Assembly (NCBI GenBank): GCA_964527425.1
Contig: CAZGOA010000003.1
Coordinates: forward strand, 29,941-93,940
Source: an uncultured Gammaproteobacteria bacterium
GTDB lineage: Bacteria > Patescibacteriota > Microgenomatia > UBA10105 > UBA927
Reading direction: 5' to 3'
Length of the DNA stretch: 64,000 bases
Numbering within the stretch: position 1 is the first letter of the stretch; every line of letters starts with the position of its first letter. A program made the position numbers and the translations under genes. A model generated the notes under the pieces. It was given only the letters and a program-made list of their open reading frames with translations. It was not told the origin of the DNA and did no database searches. Positions 39,233 through 49,101 of the stretch are shown piece by piece.

Positions 39233-39428
39233 CTCGATGCAGAAATACTTCAGACCCTGGATCGGTTTAGGCTTCATCTCGATCCGGGATGCAGACATTC
39301 GTCCGATCCCGGATCGGTATAGGCTTCTCGGTGTTTGAATGCATAATTCGATCCCGGATGCAGACGTCCGTCCGATCCGGGATCGGTATAGGCTGTATAG
39401 GCTCGACTCTTCCGATCCGGGATCGGTA
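39233..39428. repeat. array of 3 hairpin modules (one degenerate) with GTATAGGCT-type linkers, ending in a module-2 palindrome
   Basis: CTCGATGCAGAAATACTTCAGACCCTGGATCGG...TCTCGATCCGGGATGCAGACATTCGTCCGATCCCGGATCGG...TTCGATCCCGGATGCAGACGTCCGTCCGATCCGGGATCGG...CTTCCGATCCGGGATCGGTAG. Confidence 0.85.
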
Positions 39429-39435
39429 GATATGT

Positions 39436-40731
39436 TTAGTTGAGGAGTTCTTCGATGGCTCTTGCGAGTTGACCGTCTGATGTTGCTGTGTATTGGGTCA
39501 TGGGAACTAATACGTCGGGTGTAATTCCTTTTTGAGCTATGGAATCACCTTTGGGGAGTAACCATTTGCCTGTAGTGATATGTACACTTGCACCTTGACC
39601 CAGTTCATAGGGGGTTTGAACTGTCCCTTTGCCGAACGTAGTCTCTCCAATAATAGTTGCTCTATTATAATCTTTGAGTGCTCCGGCCACGATTTCTGCT
39701 GCTGATGCGCTCCCTCTGTTGACTAATACAACCATAGGAATATCGAGTAGTCTGCCTCTTCTGTTCACTGACAGTCTATTCTCTGATCCATCACTATTTT
39801 TTTGTGAAACAACTGTTCCGGAATCTAAAAATTCGCTTGCGATAAACACAGCTCCTTCTAAGTAGCCGCCCGGATTATAGCGCATATCAAATACTAATCC
39901 CTTTAATGGTTGTTTTGCGTCCTCTGATAATATCTGATCAACTGCAAGTTTCCAGTCTTCGTTCGTGTGGTCACCAAAGCGTGATAACTTTATATAGGCT
40001 ACTCTCTCTGAACGAGTACGAATACTTGCTGATTCTGTTGCGGCTTCTATTTCTGTTATGGTATTAACTGGTTTAACCCAGGATTCTACTGACGGTACTA
40101 AAATTGTATTTCGTGTTACAACAATATCTTTGGGTTCTCTCTCTCCTTCGTGGAGAATATTGAGGGTAACTGGTGTACCTTTTTTGCCTCGAATGTTGGT
40201 AACAGCCTGTTGAATAGTCCAGCCTGTTGTGTCTTTGCCATCAACTTTGAGGATATAATCGCCCGGTAGTAACCCTGCTGCTTCTGCCGGACTTTTTTTG
40301 AGTGGAGATAAAATAATAATTCTGCCATCTTTTAAATCTAATTGGGCGCCAATACCTTCAAATTCTCCTCCAATATCTTCTTTAAATTCTTTATTTTCTT
40401 TTGGAGGTAAAAAGGTTGTATAAGGATCTTCTGAGGCTGCAACCATACCCGTTATTGCACCCCATAGCATTTTTTGCGTATCTAATGTTGCTGAATCGAC
40501 ATAGTGCTGAAACATTTTCTGCCAGACATTCCAAAACATGGAAAAATCTGCACTTACTGAGGATGGTGTTTGTATATTGGATACTTGAGTACTGCGTGTA
40601 GTTGAAGATAATTGAGGAAATTGGTTTCGTTCACCCAAACGATACCCTATGCCTCCTGCAAGGAGTATGAGAGCTAGAATAAGGACAGTTGACCTGATGC
40701 GAGAAAACGGCAGGATCATATCAATTAACAA
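39436..40731 (-). CDS. ctpA: C-terminal processing peptidase (S41, CtpA/Prc-like)
   Basis: PDZ domain plus S41 catalytic blocks (DMRYNPGGYL, GSASAAEIVAGAL...K). Confidence 0.8.
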   Translation of the reverse strand: MLIDMILPFSRIRSTVLILALILLAGGIGYRLGERNQFPQLSSTTRSTQVSNIQTPSSVSADFSMFWNVWQKMFQHYVDSATLDTQKMLWGAITGMVAASEDPYTTFLPPKENKEFKEDIGGEFEGIGAQLDLKDGRIIILSPLKKSPAEAAGLLPGDYILKVDGKDTTGWTIQQAVTNIRGKKGTPVTLNILHEGEREPKDIVVTRNTILVPSVESWVKPVNTITEIEAATESASIRTRSERVAYIKLSRFGDHTNEDWKLAVDQILSEDAKQPLKGLVFDMRYNPGGYLEGAVFIASEFLDSGTVVSQKNSDGSENRLSVNRRGRLLDIPMVVLVNRGSASAAEIVAGALKDYNRATIIGETTFGKGTVQTPYELGQGASVHITTGKWLLPKGDSIAQKGITPDVLVPMTQYTATSDGQLARAIEELLN

Positions 40732-40736
40732 TACAC

Positions 40737-40961
40737 TCAGCGGACAATAAATGGAAGCAGTCCAACTTGTCTGGCTTGCTTAATAGCTCTTGTAATAATG
40801 CGTTGCTGACTAGCGGTAACTCCTGTTTTTGCTCTTCCTAAAATTTTACCTCTCTCTGAAATAAATTTAGAAAGTAATGATACGTCTTTGTATCCTGGAA
40901 GTTTACCCTCTGGAAATACAAATGCTGCAACTTTTTTTTGTGGTTGTTTTCTTGGTCTCAT
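40737..40961 (-). CDS. rpsR: 30S ribosomal protein S18
   Basis: [29 protein letters not shown] is the S18 signature. Confidence 0.85.
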   Translation of the reverse strand: MRPRKQPQKKVAAFVFPEGKLPGYKDVSLLSKFISERGKILGRAKTGVTASQQRIITRAIKQARQVGLLPFIVR

Positions 40962-40972
40962 ATATACCTTTC

Positions 40973-41437
40973 TTAAAACGGAATGTCATCGACATTTACT
41001 TCTTCCGTTGGCGTTTTTTCTGGAGCAGGTTGTTTTTCTTGCTGAACTGGTTGCGGACGTGATTGAGATACTTCGTGGGTTGTACCTTCTTCTCTATTCA
41101 TTCTTGAATCGAGAATAATCATATCATCCATAACAATCTCAGTTATTGATTTTTGGTTGCCGTCTTGTCCGGTAAAACTTCTGGTTTGAAGTCTTCCTTC
41201 GACATATACTTTGCGACCTTTACTGAGTAATTGACTACAAAGTTCTGCAAGTTTGTTCCAGGAGACTAATCGATGATATTCTACATCTTCTTTTTTCTCA
41301 CCTGTTTCTGTTGTCCAGCTTCTGTTGGTAGCAAGTCCAATCGTGCATACGGCTGCGCCATTTGGCGTATATCTCAACTCCGGATCTCTTGTTAAATTTC
41401 CAATCAGTATTACTTTATTCAAACTTCGTGCTGCCAT
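40973..41437 (-). CDS. ssb: single-stranded DNA-binding protein
   Basis: OB-fold N-terminus ([30 protein letters not shown]...) and C-terminal acidic DDIPF tail. Confidence 0.85.
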   Translation of the reverse strand: MAARSLNKVILIGNLTRDPELRYTPNGAAVCTIGLATNRSWTTETGEKKEDVEYHRLVSWNKLAELCSQLLSKGRKVYVEGRLQTRSFTGQDGNQKSITEIVMDDMIILDSRMNREEGTTHEVSQSRPQPVQQEKQPAPEKTPTEEVNVDDIPF

Positions 41438-41452
41438 ATATGTAGTCTACCT

Positions 41453-41740
41453 TCAAACTTCTTTGAGAGTCAATAAATAGCGAATGACATCTGATTGCAG
41501 TTTAATTTTCTGCTCAAGCTTTTGGCTATCTGCATGGTTAGCCTGAAAAGTAGCAAGTAAATAGACTGCTTCTGTTTGTTTTTTGATTTCGTATGCTAAT
41601 TGTTTTTTACCCCATACTTCTACGTTAAGATCATTTACATCTTGATCTGCAAGAAGTTTATCGACTAATTCTTTACTCTTTTTCTCATCGTCGTGAGGAA
41701 AAGATGGATTAACAACTAACATGAGTTCATACGTTCGCAT
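41453..41740 (-). CDS. rpsF: 30S ribosomal protein S6
   Basis: MRTYELMLVVNP...; the rpsF-ssb-rpsR gene order is conserved. Confidence 0.8.
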   Translation of the reverse strand: MRTYELMLVVNPSFPHDDEKKSKELVDKLLADQDVNDLNVEVWGKKQLAYEIKKQTEAVYLLATFQANHADSQKLEQKIKLQSDVIRYLLTLKEV

Positions 41741-41921
41741 AATGTATGAGATGATATCATGATTTATGCTCTGTTGACAAGCTATAATACGGGGTACAAA
41801 TTTTGTGAAGAACTCCTCTCAGATTGTAGTCAAAATTCAACGTCTCCCCTTTTCATATCACTTTTCATGACAATTCACATACTATATATCAGTATTAATG
41901 ACCTCTCGGTGAATAAATCAT

Positions 41922-43241
41922 TTATTCTATGGGGAATGTACTGCACAATGCTTTGACCTCTTTGGCAATTGAAAGGAATGCTTTGTTCTGCCAGACTTCT
42001 TCTTTAAACGTTTTCAGCCACTTTATACGTTCTGTTTTTTCTACTGGCAGATGGTAAGACGTACTTGCTTTGATAACTTGATCTATCCACTCGGCTATTT
42101 GCAGCATTTCTTGTGTTCTCATACCTCTGGCTGTAATAGCTGGTGTACCAAGTCGAACTCCTGATGGATAAAACGGTGAGGCAGTATCATGAGGAACCGT
42201 ATTTCTGTTGGCAACAATGCCTGCTGCTTCTAATGTTTCTGCAACAACAGTGCCTGTTAGGTTTTGTGGTCTTAAATCTACAACCATTAAATGGGTATCT
42301 GTTCCTCCGGTTGAAATAGTGTAGCCTTTTTTCATTAATGCTTGAGAAAGTGTTTTTGCATTATCTATCACTGCTTGTGCATATTCCTTGAATGCTGGAG
42401 TTTGAGATTCTTGTAACGCAATGGCAATTCCGGCTGTTACATTGTTGTGAGGACCTCCCTGGAGTCCTGGAATAATAGCTTTATCTATTGCTTCTCCCAT
42501 TTTGGGATCTTTTTCTAACCCTTCTTGAGTGACTAAAATAATAGCCCCTCTTGGTCCTCGCAAACTTTTGTGAGTCGTCATCATGACGACATGTGCATAT
42601 TCAACAGGAGATGGAATAACGTGTGCTGCTAATAATCCGGATAAATGTGACACATCGGCTACTAACAACGCTCCAATACTGTCTGCAATCTTGCGAAATC
42701 CTTTCCAATCCATCAGACGTGGATAGGCTGTAGTACCAATCATAAGCAGTTTTGGCTGTTCTTTTTTGGCAAGCTTTGCCACTTCTTCCATATCGATCAT
42801 GCCTTGTTCATTCACATCAAACTGTACAGATCTGAAGTATCTTCCTGAAAACGTAACTTCTGGATGACCATGAGTTAAATGCCCACCTCCTGAAAGTTTT
42901 AGTCCCATGACAGTGTCTCCTGGATTGACTAAAGCAAAGTAGATAGCACTATTTGCTGGGCTACCTGAATATGGTTGAACGTTTGCAAAGGGAACAGTAA
43001 ATACTTTTTTCGCTCTTTCGATAGCTAATAATTCTATTTCATCTATATATGTATTTCCTTGATAGTATCGTCTATTGGGGTATCCTTCTGAGTATTTATT
43101 GCCTAATACGGATCCGACTGCTTCTCTGACTGCCGGGAGGGCATAATTTTCACTGGGGATCATCATGAGGGTATCTTGCTGTCTTTGTTCTTCGAGGGTA
43201 ATGAGTGATGCGATATCAGGATCAACAGTTTTTAACTTCAT
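41922..43241 (-). CDS. glyA: serine hydroxymethyltransferase
   Basis: PLP-Lys region TTHKSLRGPRGA and overall SHMT similarity. Confidence 0.9.
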   Translation of the reverse strand: MKLKTVDPDIASLITLEEQRQQDTLMMIPSENYALPAVREAVGSVLGNKYSEGYPNRRYYQGNTYIDEIELLAIERAKKVFTVPFANVQPYSGSPANSAIYFALVNPGDTVMGLKLSGGGHLTHGHPEVTFSGRYFRSVQFDVNEQGMIDMEEVAKLAKKEQPKLLMIGTTAYPRLMDWKGFRKIADSIGALLVADVSHLSGLLAAHVIPSPVEYAHVVMMTTHKSLRGPRGAIILVTQEGLEKDPKMGEAIDKAIIPGLQGGPHNNVTAGIAIALQESQTPAFKEYAQAVIDNAKTLSQALMKKGYTISTGGTDTHLMVVDLRPQNLTGTVVAETLEAAGIVANRNTVPHDTASPFYPSGVRLGTPAITARGMRTQEMLQIAEWIDQVIKASTSYHLPVEKTERIKWLKTFKEEVWQNKAFLSIAKEVKALCSTFPIE

Positions 43242-43301
43242 ATTGAGACTATAACAAATTTTTTCTATTTAGGAAGTGGGATTATTGATAAGTAAATCGT
43301 C

Positions 43302-43826
43302 TCAACTGCCAAGTAAGACACTTCTAATGGTATTATCAGCAAAAGTTTGTTTAGAAAACTCGTATATTAATTGAGGATTTAAGTGAGATAAGTAATACAT
43401 GACAATAAACTGCTTTATTTCTCCTTCAGCATCTATCGATGTTGCAAACGTGAAAAAAAACGAAGGTAAATTGCCATCAAATGTACGGGGTTTACTATCT
43501 GGTATAGATTCCTCATCAACATGTGCTACTAGTTCAAGGTTAAAGATTGTATCCAGATATCCCTGCATAACAGCACTTCTGACACTACTAGGAAAATTTT
43601 CTACATAGAAAATACCTAACTTAATTTCTTTTTCTCCAGTAAAGCTAACTATAAAATCGAGAGAAGTTGTGACTTGAGTTCTATCATCAACAATCAACGT
43701 ATCCCCTGTAATTACAAATTTATCGTATCGATCACCAGAAGGTTTTCCATATTCGATAGCATGAATTAATGCCAGAAGTTCATTCCCTTCAAGCGGGGTT
43801 TGAGAATCTTGTTCTTTCTGACTCAT
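43302..43826 (-). CDS. hypothetical protein
   Basis: 174 aa ORF with no family recognised. Confidence 0.4.
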   Translation of the reverse strand: MSQKEQDSQTPLEGNELLALIHAIEYGKPSGDRYDKFVITGDTLIVDDRTQVTTSLDFIVSFTGEKEIKLGIFYVENFPSSVRSAVMQGYLDTIFNLELVAHVDEESIPDSKPRTFDGNLPSFFFTFATSIDAEGEIKQFIVMYYLSHLNPQLIYEFSKQTFADNTIRSVLLGS

Positions 43827-43921
43827 ATAAAAAGATTAAGTAAACGTACTAATTTGTACGTTAAATAATGTGGAAGTATAACATATGAAGGTGTTATAAA
43901 AAACACAAACTAGATTCTGTA

Positions 43922-44644
43922 TCAGAGTATTTGGTGATTTGTTAATGCTGAAATAATCTGTTTATGAATAACATCTTTAGGGAAAATATCGTTATCCTTA
44001 CAGCATTCGATAGTAACCCAATGACTGGTTTTTGCTAGTTCTCTATAGACTTTTTCTACTTCTTTTAAAAATTCTACATTTGCTTCGTGGATATCTTTTT
44101 TATCTGTCCCTAAATACTCACGTTGAGCTTTTTGTTCTATGAGTGTTTGAGAAACTGAAAACGGGACATGGAGATATAAAACCAGATCTTCTTTGGGAAT
44201 ACCAAACTGGTTATATTCCATATCAAAACTCCAATCAATAAACTTCTGCCTTTCTGACTCTGGAAGTTTAGCCCCCTGATACGCTGCGTTTGATGTTGCA
44301 TACCGATTAACTATAACGAGTTTGCCTTCTGAAAGTGCTTGATTGATTTCTTCTTTTGCCTGCCAGCGGTCTGCTGCATACGGAATACTGATAACGTATG
44401 GTGGAATATCGTTTATATTTCCAAATTCTCCTTTTAAGAATCTGCCTGCAAATGCTCCAAAAAAAGTTTTGTAGTACTGAGGAAAATCAAATGACTGATG
44501 AGGAATATTGTTCTGCTTGCAATGTTCTATTAGCAAAGAAAGTTGAGTACCCTTCCCTGCTCCATCGCTGCCTTCTATAACGATGAGTTTTCCTTTCTGT
44601 TTGTTCACATACTGATTTATACAGAGTTCTGAAACAGAGTACAA
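43922..44644 (-). CDS. thymidylate kinase-like nucleotide kinase
   Basis: P-loop LIVIEGSDGAGKGTQ and a downstream DRW...NAAYQG block resembling Tmk. Confidence 0.5.
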   Translation of the reverse strand: MYSVSELCINQYVNKQKGKLIVIEGSDGAGKGTQLSLLIEHCKQNNIPHQSFDFPQYYKTFFGAFAGRFLKGEFGNINDIPPYVISIPYAADRWQAKEEINQALSEGKLVIVNRYATSNAAYQGAKLPESERQKFIDWSFDMEYNQFGIPKEDLVLYLHVPFSVSQTLIEQKAQREYLGTDKKDIHEANVEFLKEVEKVYRELAKTSHWVTIECCKDNDIFPKDVIHKQIISALTNHQIL

Positions 44645-44728
44645 GAGATCATTCTATTTTATGTATCAAGCATGGCACGACCAAAGCGGTATAGATATCA
44701 AATTATGCTCATGTGATACAGTAAGTCT

Positions 44729-45523
44729 ATGAAACAAATACAAACTCTCCATACCATGACTGTTCCGACCCATCATAATATACTTCTCAAACAAACTTTG
44801 GATGAAATCAATGCTTCTGTTGAAATCCAAACGCTTTGGAATATTTTAAACGTCCAAGCGATGAATCGATTACATTTAACCGATCATGGTCCTATTCATT
44901 TTCAAATTGTTGCAAATATTGCATTAAGGATTGCCAGAATCTTCCACAAAAAGAGTATAGAATTTTCAGTCGTGAAAGATTTTGGTTTAACCAGTGATCA
45001 TGCCGAAGTTATTATTTTCCTTGCAAGCGTACTGCATGATATTGGTATGTCTGTTGCAAGAAGCGGACATGAAGAATTTAGCATTCCTCTTGCTAATTCT
45101 CTCCTTCACAAACATCTCAATTTTCTAACTGTGGTGGAAAAAACTATCATTATTTCAGAAACTCTCCATGCCATTATTAGTCACAGAAGAAATGGACAGC
45201 CGGTGACTATTGAAGCTGGCATTGTACGAATTGCCGATGCACTTGATATGAGTGAGGGCAGATCCAGAATCCCTTATGACTTAGGGAGTATAAATATTCA
45301 TTCCGTTTCTGCTCAAGCCATCGATAAAATCATCATTGGTGAAGGAGAGAAAAAACCTGTCACAATTACTGTTCAGATGAATAATTCTGCAGGCATTTTT
45401 CAGCTGGATGAGCTCTTAAAAGAAAAACTCACCGGTTCAGGGATTGAGCAGTATTTTGAAATTACCGCTCATATCAAAGGGACTTCTGAGAAAAAATTGT
45501 TGGATACTGTTTCTATCGCGTAA
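44729..45523 (+). CDS. HD-domain phosphohydrolase
   Basis: H...HD motif (HGPIHF...VLHDIG) and a later D. Confidence 0.55.
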   Translation: MKQIQTLHTMTVPTHHNILLKQTLDEINASVEIQTLWNILNVQAMNRLHLTDHGPIHFQIVANIALRIARIFHKKSIEFSVVKDFGLTSDHAEVIIFLASVLHDIGMSVARSGHEEFSIPLANSLLHKHLNFLTVVEKTIIISETLHAIISHRRNGQPVTIEAGIVRIADALDMSEGRSRIPYDLGSINIHSVSAQAIDKIIIGEGEKKPVTITVQMNNSAGIFQLDELLKEKLTGSGIEQYFEITAHIKGTSEKKLLDTVSIA

Positions 45524-45553
45524 TCTACCAACAACTGCTTACTTTACGAATGA

Positions 45554-46804
45554 TTGAGACTACAGTATTATCCCCTGTGGTACATATCCATGGGTGTAAG
45601 TCTTAAAGAACGAAGTTTATTTAATCTTTTTTTCCAGGAAATTCAACCTCGTTATGGATCTCATTTCCCAGAAATAACTCTCAGTAGTGTCGGTTTTATG
45701 CCAGAGGTGGAGTATATGGATTATGAGGTTTCTGTACTTGAGCAACTTGCTAATAAATCAGGCACGTACACTCCCATTGAAACTCTGAAACGACCGACAA
45801 AAATACAGCTTTCTTTGTCTTCTATGGAACAGATAATTCCATATTTACTGCATCGTTTATATGGCAGAGACTATCAGGAAGTTCATCCATTGTCAGATCA
45901 AGCTCTCAAGGCAGTTTATAGGGGAAATCTGCTTCATGTATTTCGAAGTGCTGTAGGTGCTGCTCAGGAAATGGAAAAAGGGAGAACACTCAAGCAGATT
46001 TTTCCGACCAAGCAACCAATGTATTTACTTCCTTTTGAAACACTGTTTAGCCATTCCAGATATGATACTACCTCGCCAAAAGACATCAGTAAACTTTGGA
46101 AAATGGTAAGTACTACAGATCTATTTATCAGCAATAGAAGTCTTCCGATGTTTCAGGGTATGGGATTTATCAACTACCCATCGATGGTTACTTATTACAA
46201 AAGCCGAGAGTTTCAACGTTTTGGAAGTGAATACATTGACTATGTACTCTCAGATGAACTACCACAAACCAATTCTGATAGGTCAAAACAATATTTTGAA
46301 CTAGATATCAGTATGATATTTGAAGAACTGAAATTGCAGCTACTACTCACGCTTGATCATGTAACAGTCAACTATGCTCCCAACAAAGAAGGAACACTTG
46401 TAATGAAAAACATTAAGGCAACTGATCTTAAAAGTGGACGCTTACATTTTTACGATCCAGTCAGTTATGAAGTATTTCTCCATCAGACAAGTCTTATGGA
46501 TTTTGCTGTGCTTTGTGCAACAAGTTCTCTTGCAAGCGGCAAACTAGAAACGGTTACTCCTCCAAGACCACTGATTCTTCGGCCTGCTCTAAGAAATTTC
46601 GATACAATGAAGCAACATCATGCATTTTCCTACCTTTATACCGGAAGTACTCCGTTTCAAACACTTGATTTTCATCATTCTGAACAATCTATACAAAATT
46701 TTCGACAATTTTTACATCTATTTAGTGGAGCAATATATACGTATGAAAATGATGTTCGAAATTTGCTGTCAAAACTGAGAAAAAGTAGAAGAAATAACCG
46801 CTAA
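45554..46804 (+). CDS. hypothetical protein
   Basis: 416 aa ORF immediately downstream of the HD protein. No family recognised. Confidence 0.45.
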   Translation: MRLQYYPLWYISMGVSLKERSLFNLFFQEIQPRYGSHFPEITLSSVGFMPEVEYMDYEVSVLEQLANKSGTYTPIETLKRPTKIQLSLSSMEQIIPYLLHRLYGRDYQEVHPLSDQALKAVYRGNLLHVFRSAVGAAQEMEKGRTLKQIFPTKQPMYLLPFETLFSHSRYDTTSPKDISKLWKMVSTTDLFISNRSLPMFQGMGFINYPSMVTYYKSREFQRFGSEYIDYVLSDELPQTNSDRSKQYFELDISMIFEELKLQLLLTLDHVTVNYAPNKEGTLVMKNIKATDLKSGRLHFYDPVSYEVFLHQTSLMDFAVLCATSSLASGKLETVTPPRPLILRPALRNFDTMKQHHAFSYLYTGSTPFQTLDFHHSEQSIQNFRQFLHLFSGAIYTYENDVRNLLSKLRKSRRNNR

Positions 46805-46945
46805 ATGTATGACATGATACTCATTTTTCAATCAGTGTATATGATATGCATTAATAGTTCGATTGGGTAGTAAACTAGTACCAATATATTATTCGTTTGA
46901 GTTATTGGGTATACGTATGTATGAGTATGGCAAAATTTTGCCGTA

Positions 46946-46954
46946 TGGTATAAT
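46946..46954 (+). promoter_or_regulatory. extended -10 promoter element TGGTATAAT upstream of the glmS leader
   Basis: A perfect TGnTATAAT about 65 nt upstream of the structured leader and about 370 nt upstream of the glmS ATG. Confidence 0.35.
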
Positions 46955-47021
46955 TTAGGAGTAAATCAGTTTCTGTATCATTTTTACTGTAGAAAAAGGA
47001 GGTTTAGAAGCAACAAAAACA

Positions 47022-47195
47022 ATAAGAGCGTGTGGTCCGTCTTCTTAGACGGAATACGAGGAAAGGGCCCCTATGGGGAATCGAACCCAAGATAAACTCT
47101 TGGAGAATCAGCGGAAACCCTTCGGTTGTAACGTACAATCGTGACAAATGACTAAAATCTTTCTGGTAACAGATTGGACAAAGGTTTTTTGAATA
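47022..47195 (+). ncRNA. structured 5' leader of glmS; candidate glmS ribozyme/riboswitch
   Basis: Five perfect or near-perfect hairpins (CCGUCU-ucuu-AGACGG, CCCC-uau-GGGG, GGG-aaucgaa-CCC, CCAAGA-uaaac-UCUUGG, GUUGUA-acg-UACAAU). ACGAGGAAAGGG plus the downstream CCCUUCGG resembles the glmS-ribozyme GACGAGGAGGAGG...CCUCC pseudoknot. GGACAAAGG resembles the conserved UGAACAAAG. Confidence 0.3.
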
Positions 47196-47322
47196 CGTTT
47201 GCTTCTTTATACTACTCATTACTACGATTTATCTTTAACGTATCTTGGAAGAATAATTGCTCAATTACTGCGTCCTAACATGAGGAATGTAATTATTCTG
47301 CAAGATACTCGACTTTACCTAT

Positions 47323-49101
47323 ATGTGTGGAATATTTGGATATGTTGGTCCTAAAACAAATGCTGCAAATGTAATCCTGAAAGGGTTGAAAACGCTTGAG
47401 TATAGAGGGTATGACTCCTGGGGTGTTGCTGTGGTTCCAAAAGACCCGAAAAAGCAGCATATTATGCTCAAAAAAAAGTCAGGGAAAATTGGTGATGCAA
47501 CGGTAACAGATTTGCCTGCTTCATCTTTTGGATTTGGCCATACTCGATGGGCTACGCATGGGGGTGTCACAGATGTAAATGCTCATCCTCATGTGGATTG
47601 TACGAAAAAAATCGCCATTATTCATAATGGAATCGTTGAAAATTATGAACAGCTAAAAGAAAAATTATCAAAAAAAGGTCATACATTTTCTTCTGAAACT
47701 GATACAGAAGTGATTGTCCACTTGATTGAGGAATATGCAAAAAAAACAATGTTTAGTAAAGCGGTACAAAAAGCCTTTAATGAATTGGTAGGATTAAATG
47801 CAATTATTGCTATTAATACTATTGACCAGGTTTTTGTTGCTGCGCGTAATGGATCCCCCTTGGTGATTGGATTTGGTGAGGATGAAAATTTTTTGGCGAG
47901 TGATGCTGCTGCAATTATTCCGTACACAAAGCAGGTTCACTACTTAGAAGATGGTGAAATGGCTCTGGTAGGAAAAAGTGGAGTTTCTATTTTTGAAGCC
48001 AAAACTGGCAAAAATATTCATCCGAAAAAACAACTCTTAACATGGACTGTTGCACAAGCAGAAAAAGGGAGATATCCATTTTTCATGTTAAAAGAAATTC
48101 ATGAACAACCTGGGATATTGGTTGATATAGCAACTAATAGTGTAAATCACGCAGAACATTTAGCCAATGCTATTAAACATTCATTTGGTGGATATTTAAT
48201 TGGCTGTGGGACTGCTGCTTTTGCATGTATTGCTGGCACATATTTATTTTCCAAAATTGCTAAGCGACATATGAACTGGGCTATAGGGAGTGAATTCCCC
48301 TATTCTCAAGATTTTTTGACGGGAAAAAGCTTAGTGATTGCTTTGTCTCAGTCAGGCGAAACCATGGACACCATTGAGGCTGTAAAGCAGGCTAAACAGA
48401 AAGGGGCAACCTTGGTTGCGATGGTAAATGTTTTGGGATCAACGCTGTACCGTATGGCGGATCACAAAATATTGCTTTCTGCTGGTCCAGAAAAAGGTGT
48501 TGCCTCTACAAAAGCGTTTACTGCCAAACTTGGTCATTTGTTATTACTTGCTACTGCGCTTGATAATAATGTCTCCTACGGAAAAACGTTAGTACTACAT
48601 GCGGCAAAAGCAACTCAAAAGATATTAAGAAAGGAGAATCGAGCAAAAATTGAGGAACTAGCTAACAAGATTATGAAGACTCCTCATATATATGTTGTAG
48701 GAAGGGGTCTTTCCTACCCTGCTTCTCTTGAAACAGCTCTGAAGATAAAAGAAATTTCTTATATTCATGCTGAAGGGTTAGCGGGTGGTGAGTTAAAACA
48801 TGGGGCTTTAGCGTTAGTTGAGAAAGGAACACCCTGTATTGTGATTGCACCACCTGATGAAACATATCAAGATACGCTGGCTGGGGCAATGGAAATGAAA
48901 GCGAGAGGTGGATATATTATTGGTCTTTCTAATAAACCACATGATGTGTTTGATTATTACTTACCTGTTCCGTATGTGCAGGAGGCAACTATTATTCCCA
49001 ATATTGTGACAGCACAATTATTGGCATATTACTTAACCATTCATAAAGGATTTGACCCTGATAAACCAAGGAATTTGGCTAAGAGTGTGACGGTAAAGTG
49101 A
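47323..49101 (+). CDS. glmS: glutamine--fructose-6-phosphate aminotransferase
   Basis: N-terminal MCGIFGYVG (Ntn Cys) followed by two SIS domains. Confidence 0.9.
   Translation: MCGIFGYVGPKTNAANVILKGLKTLEYRGYDSWGVAVVPKDPKKQHIMLKKKSGKIGDATVTDLPASSFGFGHTRWATHGGVTDVNAHPHVDCTKKIAIIHNGIVENYEQLKEKLSKKGHTFSSETDTEVIVHLIEEYAKKTMFSKAVQKAFNELVGLNAIIAINTIDQVFVAARNGSPLVIGFGEDENFLASDAAAIIPYTKQVHYLEDGEMALVGKSGVSIFEAKTGKNIHPKKQLLTWTVAQAEKGRYPFFMLKEIHEQPGILVDIATNSVNHAEHLANAIKHSFGGYLIGCGTAAFACIAGTYLFSKIAKRHMNWAIGSEFPYSQDFLTGKSLVIALSQSGETMDTIEAVKQAKQKGATLVAMVNVLGSTLYRMADHKILLSAGPEKGVASTKAFTAKLGHLLLLATALDNNVSYGKTLVLHAAKATQKILRKENRAKIEELANKIMKTPHIYVVGRGLSYPASLETALKIKEISYIHAEGLAGGELKHGALALVEKGTPCIVIAPPDETYQDTLAGAMEMKARGGYIIGLSNKPHDVFDYYLPVPYVQEATIIPNIVTAQLLAYYLTIHKGFDPDKPRNLAKSVTVK

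Noticed and set aside
41741-41921. TTGACA-agc-TATAAT on the plus strand between rpsF and glyA
   Set aside because: The spacing between the -35-like and -10-like hexamers is only 3 nt and both neighbouring genes are on the minus strand. It is not a functional plus-strand promoter, though it may overlap the real minus-strand rpsF promoter.
47004-47219. 71 aa minus-strand ORF from the six-frame track
   Set aside because: It sits entirely within the structured plus-strand glmS leader, has no RBS and a low-complexity product. It is most likely spurious.
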